A stretch of 60,303 nucleotides of DNA, filler included. It is 3 parts of 3 records of this genome, joined end to end, with 100 filler letters (N's around TTAATTAATTAA, not from the genome) between each part and the next. Parts side by side here need not be neighbours in the genome. Positions count along the whole stretch, not along the records: positions 1 to 22,535 come from DRR723986_2313; positions 22,636 to 53,590 come from DRR723986_2318; 1 more part is not named here. The stretch is one strand, 5' to 3'. The stretch's first letter is position 1. Each line of letters opens with the position of its first letter. The position numbers were made by a program, and so were the translations under genes. This document shows positions 19,427 to 28,181 of this stretch, piece by piece. Under the pieces are notes generated by a model. The model saw only the letters and a program-made list of their open reading frames with translations. It had not been told where the DNA came from and searched no databases.

Positions 19427-19726
19427 TTAGGTTCCCCATAAGCATTGATTGCGCGTAACGCATGCTTCGTACCGTTGTATCGCGAGATGAATGTCTGCCG
19501 TGTACGTGTCCCCGCATAGAGCAGCGTCCGCGGCCGGGTCCTCGCCGGAATTTGCGTATGGCAAGCAATATCTATAAGAACTCTCAGCCATCTGCTCTTC
19601 ATTTGATCGTTGGGTATTGCATTGGGCGGTCGGGGATTGGCCGTCGTTGCATATGACCTGTGCGACCGATTGGCCAGCGGTGGTCATTAGGACAAGTGCA
19701 AAAAGTACCAGAGGTAATGTTTTCAT
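19427..19726 (-). CDS. Small secreted Cys-rich protein (99 aa, 6 Cys), function unknown
   Basis: RBS GGAG; MKTLPLVLFALVLMTTAGQSVA signal peptide; six Cys in the mature part. Confidence 0.7.
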   Translation of the reverse strand: MKTLPLVLFALVLMTTAGQSVAQVICNDGQSPTAQCNTQRSNEEQMAESSYRYCLPYANSGEDPAADAALCGDTYTADIHLAIQRYEACVTRNQCLWGT

Positions 19727-20226
19727 GGGAAACTCCAGTGAATGAGTGGGGGGATGAGAGGGGGAACAACCGACGGAAGACAAAAACCCAAAGAAAAAAC
19801 AATACCTAAGGGTTCGATGGGCGAAAGCAAAAGAAGAAATGCCGGTTCGGGCTTCTGAAGGGATCTCCATCCTTGCTCGTCTTATCTTCGGTAAGGCAGT
19901 GCGCATGAGTGTGTGACCAGACAAAAATTAGGCCGAAGGAAATCCTTTTGACAACATAGCCGCCGAGTGGGAGTTGTACCTCCCCGCTCTTGCGCGTGTG
20001 CGCCAAACAGCACCTGTGCCGAATGACCGACGCTCAACCCGCCGATAGGCTGCTGCATGAGTCAATGTCCGCTCTGACGATACCACGCCGTAGCGTTGAA
20101 CTCAGTCGTCAAGGTCCACCCATCGCGATTTAGGTCCCGAAACGCACGTCCTGCCGGATATCGACCACGTCCCCTACTAAACCTTCGTCCAGAGTGAACT
20201 TATCGCGGGGAACCAGCAAGGAGCGT

Positions 20227-20673
20227 CTATCCAACACCACCGCAGTTAAAGATCTGAACAGAGTTTTCTTCCTCGTCTTCACCGTCCACCCAGACAGATG
20301 AATAGATGCGTGTCGCAAGACCTTCGTCCCACATCTCAAAATGCGCGTGGACGTTCATACCGTCGGCGTCCTGCCCAGAATATCGATAGGTGTAGAAGTC
20401 TTCAGTCTCTATGACAGTGTTCGAATACCGTTCCCTTTCGCCATCGACGTATTCAACCGTCATCGCCGCGGTCTCACTGTCAAAATCCAGTCGGAAGGCC
20501 TCGTCGCAGGACTCCTCGGAATCCCACCAGTAGTTTGCCAACCGTTCTGGCAATGGCGTGTTCCAACGCGTGGTAAAAAGATCTGTGGTGCTATCAAGCA
20601 CCACGCCCACGATGAACAAGCCGCCAATGATCAGAAAGCCAGTCGTTGATGTTTTTTGGTTCAGATTCACCAC
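20227..20673 (-). CDS. Membrane-anchored acidic hypothetical protein (about 148 aa)
   Basis: RBS GGAG then GTG; one N-terminal TM (FLIIGGLFIVGVVL); D/E- and aromatic-rich domain with 2 Cys. Confidence 0.65.
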   Translation of the reverse strand: MVNLNQKTSTTGFLIIGGLFIVGVVLDSTTDLFTTRWNTPLPERLANYWWDSEESCDEAFRLDFDSETAAMTVEYVDGERERYSNTVIETEDFYTYRYSGQDADGMNVHAHFEMWDEGLATRIYSSVWVDGEDEEENSVQIFNCGGVG

Positions 20674-20779
20674 AGGCCCAGCTCCGAGAGTTGCTATCGT
20701 AGTTCTGTTGTCCAACCTTATTGCGGTGGCCTTCAAGGTTAGCGAGTATTTCGGGCCATACGTGCGATCAATTGTCGGT

Positions 20780-21025
20780 CTAATTGCTTTGGCAGCTGGC
20801 CTCGCACTGTGCAACTGCCGCTTCGCCGTCCGGTGCATGTTCGCGGACGCATTCGTTCTCGGGCGCTCCCGACTCCACGCAAGACTGAATGGCTGCCTCA
20901 GTGGCCAGGGTGATAGGGGTGCATTGCGTTTGAATGCACTGGTTGATTTCCTGCTGAGACTGAGCCTGCGCACTGGCGGGCAGCACAGCCGTCAGTGAAA
21001 CAAATAGTAGAGCCTTATAGTTCAT
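20780..21025 (-). CDS. Small secreted Cys-rich protein (81 aa, 6 Cys), function unknown
   Basis: RBS GGGAG; MNYKALLFVSLTAVLPASAQA signal; Cys spacing C-x4-C-x13-C-x9-C-x14-C-x3-C. Confidence 0.7.
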   Translation of the reverse strand: MNYKALLFVSLTAVLPASAQAQSQQEINQCIQTQCTPITLATEAAIQSCVESGAPENECVREHAPDGEAAVAQCEASCQSN

Positions 21026-21191
21026 TTTCGTACTCCCGTTGCCGCCCCCGGTCCGGGAACAAGTTTGGATTAAAGCACATCTGCTTGAAAACACAAATTT
21101 TTTTCGGGTGCGACTTCCCAATGCGCGGTGACAATGTGCCGAACAGCCAACCTGAGGCCCTCTGATCAGCCCCAAGAAAAACTGGCCGAGG

Positions 21192-21292
21192 CGCTTTGGA
21201 TCGCATGAGGTGGCTCCGCCCATGACCTTGCCGGGGTGGCGCGCCATGCAACCTCCGCGCTGATGTTCGAAATCGAAGCGACCGCAGCAGCA
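21192..21292 (+). pseudogene. Frameshifted 3' fragment of a RidA-family gene
   Basis: RFGSHEVAPPMTL, then after a frameshift GVARHATSALMFEIEATAAA, resembling the RidA tail 'TLLGVxRLAxPxLMFEIEATA'. Confidence 0.5.
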
Positions 21293-21489
21293 TATGCTGA
21301 TGCTTGGCGGCCATTTGGTTTCCCAACCCAAATGGCCGTTTAGTCCGCTAAACGCACATCGCGAGGTGTCGGGCCAGTAGCGCTTGAAGAGCATCTTGGG
21401 CACATCTCGGATTGATTCAGCAGATGCATCGCAGTCGGCGACACAAAAAAGGGGTTTTCATCCTGTTTCCCGCACGTAATATGCCCGCC

Positions 21490-21576
21490 ATGACGACGCA
21501 CAGCCATATCACGACCCAGACTGCCCCGACGGGCGGCCTAGGCTCGTGCGCTCTTCTTCTCCTTAGCCGCCTCTGA
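21490..21576 (+). promoter_or_regulatory. leuA leader peptide (attenuation-type control)
   Basis: 28-aa ORF MTTHSH...ALLLLSRL* with a CTT CTT CTC CTT Leu run; hairpin CTGAGCG...CGCTCAG overlaps its stop; lies just upstream of leuA. Confidence 0.8.
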
Positions 21577-21659
21577 GCGTGCCTTTCGGCGCGACCGCTC
21601 AGGGGGGAACCAGCGCCGAAGTGACACAAGACAATCTGGCTAAGACCAAGGACAATCCC

Positions 21660-22535
21660 ATGACCATCGACAAAGATCGCGTGTTGATCTTCGACACAAC
21701 CTTGCGTGACGGCGAGCAAAGCCCCGGCGCCACCATGAGCCATGACGAAAAGCTCGAAATCGCGGCGCTGCTGGACGATATGGGCGTTGATATCATCGAG
21801 GCGGGCTTCCCCATTGCCTCGGAAGGTGATTTCGCCGCCGTGTCCGAGATCGCGAAGCTGGCGAAATCCGCCACGATCTGCGGCCTCGCGCGTGCCAACT
21901 ACAAGGATATCGACCGCTGTTGGGAGGCCGTGAAACACGCCGTTTCCCCGCGCATTCACACCTTCATCGGCACCTCGCCGCAGCACCGCGCCATTCCGAA
22001 CCTGACCATGGACGAAATGGCCGACCGCATCCATGAAACGGTGACCCACGCCCGCAATCTCTGCGACAACGTGCAGTGGTCGCCGATGGATGCAACCCGG
22101 ACCGAATGGGATTATCTGGCGCGCGTGGTGGAGATTGCCATAAAGGCAGGCGCCACCACCATCAACATCCCCGATACCGTAGGCTACACCGCACCGGCTG
22201 AATCCGCCGACCTGATCCGCCGCCTGATTGCCGAGGTTCCCGGCGCCGATGACGTGATCTTCGCCACCCATTGCCACAATGACCTGGGCATGGCGACGGC
22301 CAACGCGCTCGGGGCCGTTGCGGGCGGCGCGCGGCAGATCGAATGCACCATCAACGGGCTTGGCGAACGCGCCGGCAACACCGCGCTGGAAGAGGTCGTG
22401 ATGGCCCTGAAAGTGCGCAACGACATCATGCCGTGGCACACGAATATCGACACCCGCAAGATCATGCATCTCTCTCGCCGGGTTTCGACCGTATCGGGTT
22501 TTGCCGTGCAGCCCAACAAGGCCATCGTCGGCAAG
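21660..22535 (+). CDS. leuA: 2-isopropylmalate synthase (5' part, cut by the gap)
   Basis: 'IFDTTLRDGEQSPG', 'HCHNDLG', 'NGLGERAGN'. Confidence 0.97.
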
Positions 22536-22635
22536 NNNNNNNNNNNNNNNNNNNNNNNNNNNNNNNNNNNNNNNNNNNNTTAATTAATTAANNNNNNNNN
22601 NNNNNNNNNNNNNNNNNNNNNNNNNNNNNNNNNNN
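22536..22635. other. Artificial contig linker
   Basis: N-run containing TTAATTAATTAA (stops in all six frames); genes are truncated on both sides. Confidence 0.98.
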
Positions 22636-22768
22636 GGAAATGACGCTGACCTTCGTGCCGAAACTGGCGGCGATCCTTGCCGTCTTCTGGGTCTCGATGA
22701 GCTTCATGACACAATCCCTGACCACCTATTTCACCGACCGCCTGATCCCGCTGATGGAGGGCATGTGA
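22636..22768 (+). CDS. fliQ: Flagellar export protein FliQ (3' part)
   Basis: EMTLTFVPKLAAIL... FliQ signature; not in the ORF track. Confidence 0.9.
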
Positions 22769-23493
22769 TGGACAGCGCCATGGTGGCCGCCCTGACCCGG
22801 CAATCGGGGTTGATGCGCGAAATGCAGGTGGTGGCGAACAATATCGCCAATATCTCCACCTCCGGATTTCGGGCGGAAGGCGTTGTTTTCGCAGAACATG
22901 TCGCCCGGCTGGAGGGTGTTTCCGGTGGCGGCTTGTCGATGGCCAATGCCTCGGGCCGGAATATTCGGCTGTTGCAGGGCGATATCGAGCCGACCGGCGG
23001 CCAGTTCGACTTTGCGATTGAGGGCGACGGGTTCTTCCTTCTGCAATCGCCCGACGGCGAAAGCCTGACCCGCGCGGGCCATTTCACCCCCAATGACGCG
23101 GGCGAGCTGGTCAATGCGGACGGGCACCTGTTGCTGGACGCGGGCGGCGCGCCGATCTTCATTCCGCCCGATGCCCGCAACGTGGTGCTGGCCCGCGACG
23201 GGACGCTCTCTGCCGATGGACGCCCGATCACCCAGTTGGGGTTGTGGCAACCGGATGATCCCAATGACCTGCATCATCTCGACGGGGTGCGCTTTCGCAC
23301 CGAAGGCCCTGTTCAACCGATGCTGGACGCCACGATCCTGCAAGGCTTCGTCGAAAGCTCCAACGTCGATCCCGTGTCCCAGATCGCCCGCATGATCGAG
23401 GTGCAGCGCGCCTACGAGATGGGGCAGGGATTCCTTGAGAAAGAAGATGAACGGATCCGCAACTTCCTGCGTACCGCCGGTGCTCAGGTCTAA
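22768..23493 (+). CDS. flgF: Flagellar basal-body rod protein FlgF
   Basis: 'VVANNIANISTSGF', 'GFVESSNV'; precedes flgG. Confidence 0.9.
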   Translation: MDSAMVAALTRQSGLMREMQVVANNIANISTSGFRAEGVVFAEHVARLEGVSGGGLSMANASGRNIRLLQGDIEPTGGQFDFAIEGDGFFLLQSPDGESLTRAGHFTPNDAGELVNADGHLLLDAGGAPIFIPPDARNVVLARDGTLSADGRPITQLGLWQPDDPNDLHHLDGVRFRTEGPVQPMLDATILQGFVESSNVDPVSQIARMIEVQRAYEMGQGFLEKEDERIRNFLRTAGAQV

Positions 23494-23511
23494 CGAAAAG
23501 GAGGCCCGCCC

Positions 23512-24297
23512 ATGCGCGCCCTGATGATTGCCGCCACGGGCATGAGTGCCCAACAGATGCGGGTCGAGGTGATTTCCAACAACCTCGCGAATATGAACAC
23601 CACCGGCTACAACGCCCGCCGCGCAGATTTCGCTGACCTGCATTATCAGCAGCAGATGCGCGCCGGGACAATCTCTGCCGCTGATGGGTCGATCGTGCCA
23701 GCCGGTGTGCAGCTTGGCCTGGGCGTGCGACCCGCCGCCGTGTCGGTGACGCTGTCGCAGGGCAGCCTAAGCCAGACCGGCGGGGATCTGGATGTCGCCA
23801 TCGAGGGTGAAGGATTTCTGGAGGTGGAACTGCCATCGGGCCAGTCGGCCTATACCCGCGACGGCACCCTGAACCGCACCGGCGACGGGCAGATCGTGAC
23901 GGCCGAAGGGTTCACCGTCGCGCCCGGCATCACCATCCCCGACGACGCGCGCAGCATTTCCATCAATGCGCAGGGCGAGGTCTACGCCTATTTCGCCGAT
24001 CGGGTGGAGCCAGAGTTGTTGGGCCAGTTCAACCTTGTCGACTTCTCCAACGCCCGCGGGCTGGAAGCCATGGGTGCGAACCTGTTTCTTGAAACCTCTG
24101 CCTCTGGCCCGCCGCTTGTGGGCCAGCCGGGCGAGGATGGGTTGGGCACGCTGAGGCAAGGTTATCTGGAGGATAGCTCTGTCGATGCGGTGCGCGAAAT
24201 CACCGATCTGATAGAGGCGCAACGCGGATACGAGCTGAATGCCAAGGTCATCACCGCCGCCGACCAGATGCTCGGCGCCACGACCCAGATCCGCTGA
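23512..24297 (+). CDS. flgG: Flagellar distal rod protein FlgG
   Basis: 'ISNNLANMNTTGY', 'QLGLGVR', 'AQRGYELNAKVI'; 261 aa. Confidence 0.95.
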   Translation: MRALMIAATGMSAQQMRVEVISNNLANMNTTGYNARRADFADLHYQQQMRAGTISAADGSIVPAGVQLGLGVRPAAVSVTLSQGSLSQTGGDLDVAIEGEGFLEVELPSGQSAYTRDGTLNRTGDGQIVTAEGFTVAPGITIPDDARSISINAQGEVYAYFADRVEPELLGQFNLVDFSNARGLEAMGANLFLETSASGPPLVGQPGEDGLGTLRQGYLEDSSVDAVREITDLIEAQRGYELNAKVITAADQMLGATTQIR

Positions 24298-24298
24298 C

Positions 24299-24718
24299 AT
24301 GCGCTGGCTGGCCCTGATCCTGTTGCTTGCCGGACCCGCCGGGGCCGATACGGTTGTGGCCGCCGGCACCATTCGGTCGATGTCCCTTATCGGCCCGCTC
24401 GACGTGGCGTTGGCCGAAGGCGACACCCCCGGCGCGCTGTCTGACCCCGTCGATGCCATCGGCATGGAGGCGCGGGTGAACCTCTATCCCGGCCGCCCGA
24501 TCCGGGCCGCTGATCTGCAACCGCCCGCCGTTGTTAACCGCAATGAAATCATCACCCTGCAATACAATCAGGGTGGCCTTTTGATCGTGACCGAAGGCCG
24601 CGCGCTGGACCGGGCGGGCATTGGCGAACGGCTGCGGGTGATCAACCTGTCGTCGCGCACCACCGTCACCGCCACCGTGGTGTCTGTTGGCCTGGCCGAA
24701 GTCTCCTCGGGTTTTTGA
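24299..24718 (+). CDS. flgA: P-ring assembly chaperone FlgA
   Basis: Signal peptide, SAF-like domain, 'GRALD...GERLRVINLSSR'. Confidence 0.9.
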   Translation: MRWLALILLLAGPAGADTVVAAGTIRSMSLIGPLDVALAEGDTPGALSDPVDAIGMEARVNLYPGRPIRAADLQPPAVVNRNEIITLQYNQGGLLIVTEGRALDRAGIGERLRVINLSSRTTVTATVVSVGLAEVSSGF

Positions 24719-24728
24719 AGGACTGAAC

Positions 24729-25469
24729 ATGACGCTTTCTCGCCTGATCCTGCTGGCTGCAATCCTGACCCCGACCGCATTTGCCGGCTGTGGCCGTTTG
24801 GCAGATGTCGGCCGCCGCCCGGATTTCCAGCCCACGACCGATGGCAACCAGTACTATGCCATGAGCACCGATGCCCTGCCCGTATCGCTGGAGGACGGCG
24901 CCCCGGTGCGCGGCGCGTCCCTGTGGTCTGGCGGGCGGCAGTCGCTGCTTGGGGACCGACGGGCGGGACAACGCGGGGATATCCTGACCGTGGTGATCGA
25001 GATCGACGAAAGCGCCGAGATCTCCAACGCAACCAACCGGTCGCGCAGCGGATCGGAACAGATGGGTGTGCCGCAGCTGTTCGGCATTCCGCAACGCATT
25101 GACCGAGAGCTGCCCGAGGGCGCGTCGATGGCCGATGCGGTTGGTCTAAGCTCTTCTGGTCAATCCAACGGGCAAGGCAGCGTGCGCCGGAACGAGGCGC
25201 TGGCTTTGCGCATCGCCGCAACCGTGGTTCAGGTGCTGCCCAATGGCGTGCTTCGTATCGAAGGCGCGCAGGAGGTGCGGGTGAATTTCGAACTGCGCGA
25301 ATTGCTGGTCACCGGATATGTGCGGCCAGCCGATATCTCGCGTCAGAATGAGATCACCTATGACCGGATCGCAAATGCCCGCATATCCTATGGCGGGCGC
25401 GGGCAGATCACCGATGTGCAGCAGCCGCGCTATGGCCAGCAGATCGCCGATATCGTGCTTCCGTTCTGA
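24729..25469 (+). CDS. flgH: Flagellar L-ring lipoprotein FlgH
   Basis: Lipobox FAGC; 'DRRA...GDILTV', 'VLPNG', 'ARISYGGRG'. Confidence 0.95.
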   Translation: MTLSRLILLAAILTPTAFAGCGRLADVGRRPDFQPTTDGNQYYAMSTDALPVSLEDGAPVRGASLWSGGRQSLLGDRRAGQRGDILTVVIEIDESAEISNATNRSRSGSEQMGVPQLFGIPQRIDRELPEGASMADAVGLSSSGQSNGQGSVRRNEALALRIAATVVQVLPNGVLRIEGAQEVRVNFELRELLVTGYVRPADISRQNEITYDRIANARISYGGRGQITDVQQPRYGQQIADIVLPF

Positions 25470-25478
25470 GGGCCTGAA

Positions 25479-25997
25479 ATGATCCGTCTGCTGCTTCCCG
25501 TTCTCCTGCTGCTGGTTGGCCTTGGCGGCGGCGTCGTGGCCGGCAAGATGCTGTCGGGTGGCGGTGAAGAAACCGCCGCCGACGGCCATGGCGACGATGA
25601 CGGCCACGGTGAAGCGGAGGATGACGGGCATGGGTCTTCTGACGAGCACGGGGAGGAACCCGACCCGAACAGCCCTTATGAATATGTGCGCCTGAACAAC
25701 CAGTTCGTGGTGCCGCTGATCCGCCATGGCAGCGTCCGCTCGCTGGTGGTGCTGACCCTGACCATCGAGGTTGAAAGCGGAGAGAATGAACTGGTCTATG
25801 ACCGCGAACCACGCCTGCGCGATGCGCTTTTGCGGGTCATGTTCTCTCATGCCAATGTGGGCGGCTTCGATGACAGCTTTACAGCGGTCGAGGCAATGGC
25901 CCCGCTGCGCGAAGGTCTGCGCGAGGCCGCTCGGCAGGTTCTGGGCAACATCGCCCACGATGTGCTGATCATGGATATCGTCCGTCAGGACGCCTGA
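25479..25997 (+). CDS. FliL-family protein
   Basis: N-terminal TM, His/acidic linker, 'NQFVVP', 'PRLRDALL'. Confidence 0.8.
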   Translation: MIRLLLPVLLLLVGLGGGVVAGKMLSGGGEETAADGHGDDDGHGEAEDDGHGSSDEHGEEPDPNSPYEYVRLNNQFVVPLIRHGSVRSLVVLTLTIEVESGENELVYDREPRLRDALLRVMFSHANVGGFDDSFTAVEAMAPLREGLREAARQVLGNIAHDVLIMDIVRQDA

Positions 25998-26323
25998 TTT
26001 TTCAGCTTTTCCAGCACTTGCCGACGCCCCTCTTCGAGCCGGGCCTTATCAAGCCTTGCATCGAGCCGGACCCGGAGGCGGGCTTGCTCTGACCGCAGGG
26101 CGCGCAGGGTCTGGTCGCAGTGGCGCAACCAGGTTGCGTGCGCGCGGGCGGTGACCGGGTCCGGTGTCTGCGCGGCCATGGCGCGGCGGTCTTCCAGCGC
26201 AGTTCTGATCCGCCCTGACAGCGCCTCTGCTTCTGCCGCCACCTGTGCCGCATCCGATTTTGCAAGGGTTGCCTTCAGGTCGGCGAGATGCGCCAGGCGG
26301 CCAAGCTTGTCCTTCCTGGTCAT
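25985..26323 (-). CDS. Coiled-coil protein, FliJ-like
   Basis: 112-aa two-helix coiled coil translationally coupled to flhB. Confidence 0.45.
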   Translation of the reverse strand: MTRKDKLGRLAHLADLKATLAKSDAAQVAAEAEALSGRIRTALEDRRAMAAQTPDPVTARAHATWLRHCDQTLRALRSEQARLRVRLDARLDKARLEEGRRQVLEKLKNQAS

Positions 26324-27405
26324 GTTCGTCCCCTGGCAAGGCTGCGCATCCGATCGGCAAAGCGAATGGCGGCGGCGACCGCGCGGTAATGATCCGGCGC
26401 GATGCCGTGGCCAATGTCGAGCGTGGCAAATAGCACCCGAGCCGTCGGCGGATCGCTATAGACGGGTACGCCATGTTCCGCCGCGATTTCACGGATGCGG
26501 GCGGCTACCTCGTCGACGCCCTTGGCCACGCAAACCGGCACCTCGCCAGCATCTCGTTCCCATTTCAACGCAACGGCGTAGTGGGTCGGGTTCACCACGA
26601 TCACATCGGCGGCGGGCACGTCCTTCAGCATCTTGTTCATGGCGATCTGGGCGCCGCGTTCACGCCGCTGCTGTTTTACATGCGGGTCGCCTTCGCGGGT
26701 CTTGGTCTCATCGACCAATTCCTGCCTGCTCATCCGGTGTTTCTTGTTATGGGCCGCCACCTGCCACATGTAGTCGGCCAGCGCGATCACCAGGGCCAGC
26801 CCGAAGGCCGCCATCAGGAAGTCCATCGTCAACTGCGCAAGCTCGGCCATGATCTGACCGCCCTCGATGAATTGCGATGCCAGAATCCGGTCGCGACGCG
26901 ACCACAGCACCCAGGCCAGCAAGCCGGAATAGATGGTCAGTTTGGCGGCGGCCTTGGCGAACTCGAACAGGCCGTTTGCACCGAACTTGTTCTTGGCATT
27001 CGACAGCAGGGAGATGCGCGACAGTTTCGGCTGTAGCCGCGACGGGGTGAACAGGATCGCCCGCTGCGCAAAGAGCGCCAACAGCAAAAGCGCGCCGGGC
27101 AGAACGATCACGGCCGCGACGGGGGGAGCGACCGATGACAGGATGCCCCCGGCGGCGGCCTGTCCCTCGGCGGTCAGCAAGGCTTCGGCAAATTCCGGGG
27201 CCTGATCCAGCATCACCGCCAGCGCCTGCCCCACCTGCACCCCGAGCGGCGGGCCAAGCAGGGCGAGCGCCAGAAGAAAGCCGCCATAGACCACGGCGGT
27301 GTTCAGGTCTGCCGACCGGACGATCTCGCCCTTTCGGCGGGCGTCCTCCAATCGCGCCGGGGTCGGGTCATAGGGTTTGTCGTTGGGGCTGGTGGTGTCG
27401 GTCAT
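26320..27405 (-). CDS. flhB: Flagellar export protein FlhB
   Basis: 'PTPARLEDARRKG', 'EGDP', NPTH autocleavage motif. Confidence 0.95.
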   Translation of the reverse strand: MTDTTSPNDKPYDPTPARLEDARRKGEIVRSADLNTAVVYGGFLLALALLGPPLGVQVGQALAVMLDQAPEFAEALLTAEGQAAAGGILSSVAPPVAAVIVLPGALLLLALFAQRAILFTPSRLQPKLSRISLLSNAKNKFGANGLFEFAKAAAKLTIYSGLLAWVLWSRRDRILASQFIEGGQIMAELAQLTMDFLMAAFGLALVIALADYMWQVAAHNKKHRMSRQELVDETKTREGDPHVKQQRRERGAQIAMNKMLKDVPAADVIVVNPTHYAVALKWERDAGEVPVCVAKGVDEVAARIREIAAEHGVPVYSDPPTARVLFATLDIGHGIAPDHYRAVAAAIRFADRMRSLARGRT

Positions 27406-28181
27406 GGCAGGGGGCCCATGGGACTGGCCAGGGTCGCCTGCATGGCGCGCATCCAGATCGGCAGCAGGAAGGGCGTGGTCAGCAGCAACAGCAACAGGCC
27501 GCCCATGGTGATGGCAGGAGCGCCCACGAACGCCACCATCAGCTGCGGCATCGCCTTGTTGATGACCCCAAGCGCCAGATTGTAAAGCACCGAGGCAATG
27601 AGGAAAGGTGCCGCCAGTGAAAAGGCCAGCGCGAAGGCGTGGCCCACCCGTTCCACCCCCCAGGCTCCGACATCACGCGGCAACGGCATTCGGCCTGCTG
27701 GCAGGATGTCATAGCTTTCCACCAGCATCCGCGCGACCATCACATGCAGCCCCGACATCACCGCGAGTGTAAGCCCCGCCAGCAGCAGGAACCCGGCGAT
27801 GGCTGGCTGCGGTTCCGGTGTGGCCCCGCCCGCGATCTGCGACAGCGACGTGGCCTGCGCGGCCATGGATCCCGCGATTTGCAGCACCATGGCGATGAAG
27901 CGCACCGCCAACCCAATCAGCAGGCCCGCGACGGTTTCGGTCAGGACGTAACTTGCGAATTGCTGCGCCTGCGCCCCCGCGGGCACCAGATCGGCGGCCA
28001 GGGCCGGGGTCAGCAGCACCGTCATTGCCAGTGCCGCGCCAAGGCGGACGCGCATGGGGATGTAGTGTTCTCCGATGGCGGGCAACACCAGGAACGCCGC
28101 ACCGACCCTAAGAAAGACAAGCCCGCCCGCCAGGAGCCATGCCTGCGTCACCCCGAGGATCTGCGCCAGAAGCTCGGTCAT
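27402..28181 (-). CDS. fliR: Flagellar export protein FliR
   Basis: Hydrophobic; 'FLRVG', 'LGVINKAMPQL'. Confidence 0.92.
   Translation of the reverse strand: MTELLAQILGVTQAWLLAGGLVFLRVGAAFLVLPAIGEHYIPMRVRLGAALAMTVLLTPALAADLVPAGAQAQQFASYVLTETVAGLLIGLAVRFIAMVLQIAGSMAAQATSLSQIAGGATPEPQPAIAGFLLLAGLTLAVMSGLHVMVARMLVESYDILPAGRMPLPRDVGAWGVERVGHAFALAFSLAAPFLIASVLYNLALGVINKAMPQLMVAFVGAPAITMGGLLLLLLTTPFLLPIWMRAMQATLASPMGPLP

Larger units (their letters stand above)
19196..20073. mobile_element. Cassette bounded by 10-bp inverted repeats AGCGGACATT / AATGTCCGCT
   Basis: AGCGGACATT at 19196-19205 and its exact reverse complement at 20064-20073; encloses the RT remnant and the secreted gene. Confidence 0.45.

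Noticed and set aside
22580-22591. TTAATTAATTAA palindrome (also at 53635-53646)
   Set aside because: It is embedded in N-runs and is an artificial six-frame-stop linker, not biological.
21660-23493. leuA linked to the flagellar cluster; LON-domain gene linked to parA
   Set aside because: Both pairs are separated by artificial contig joins.
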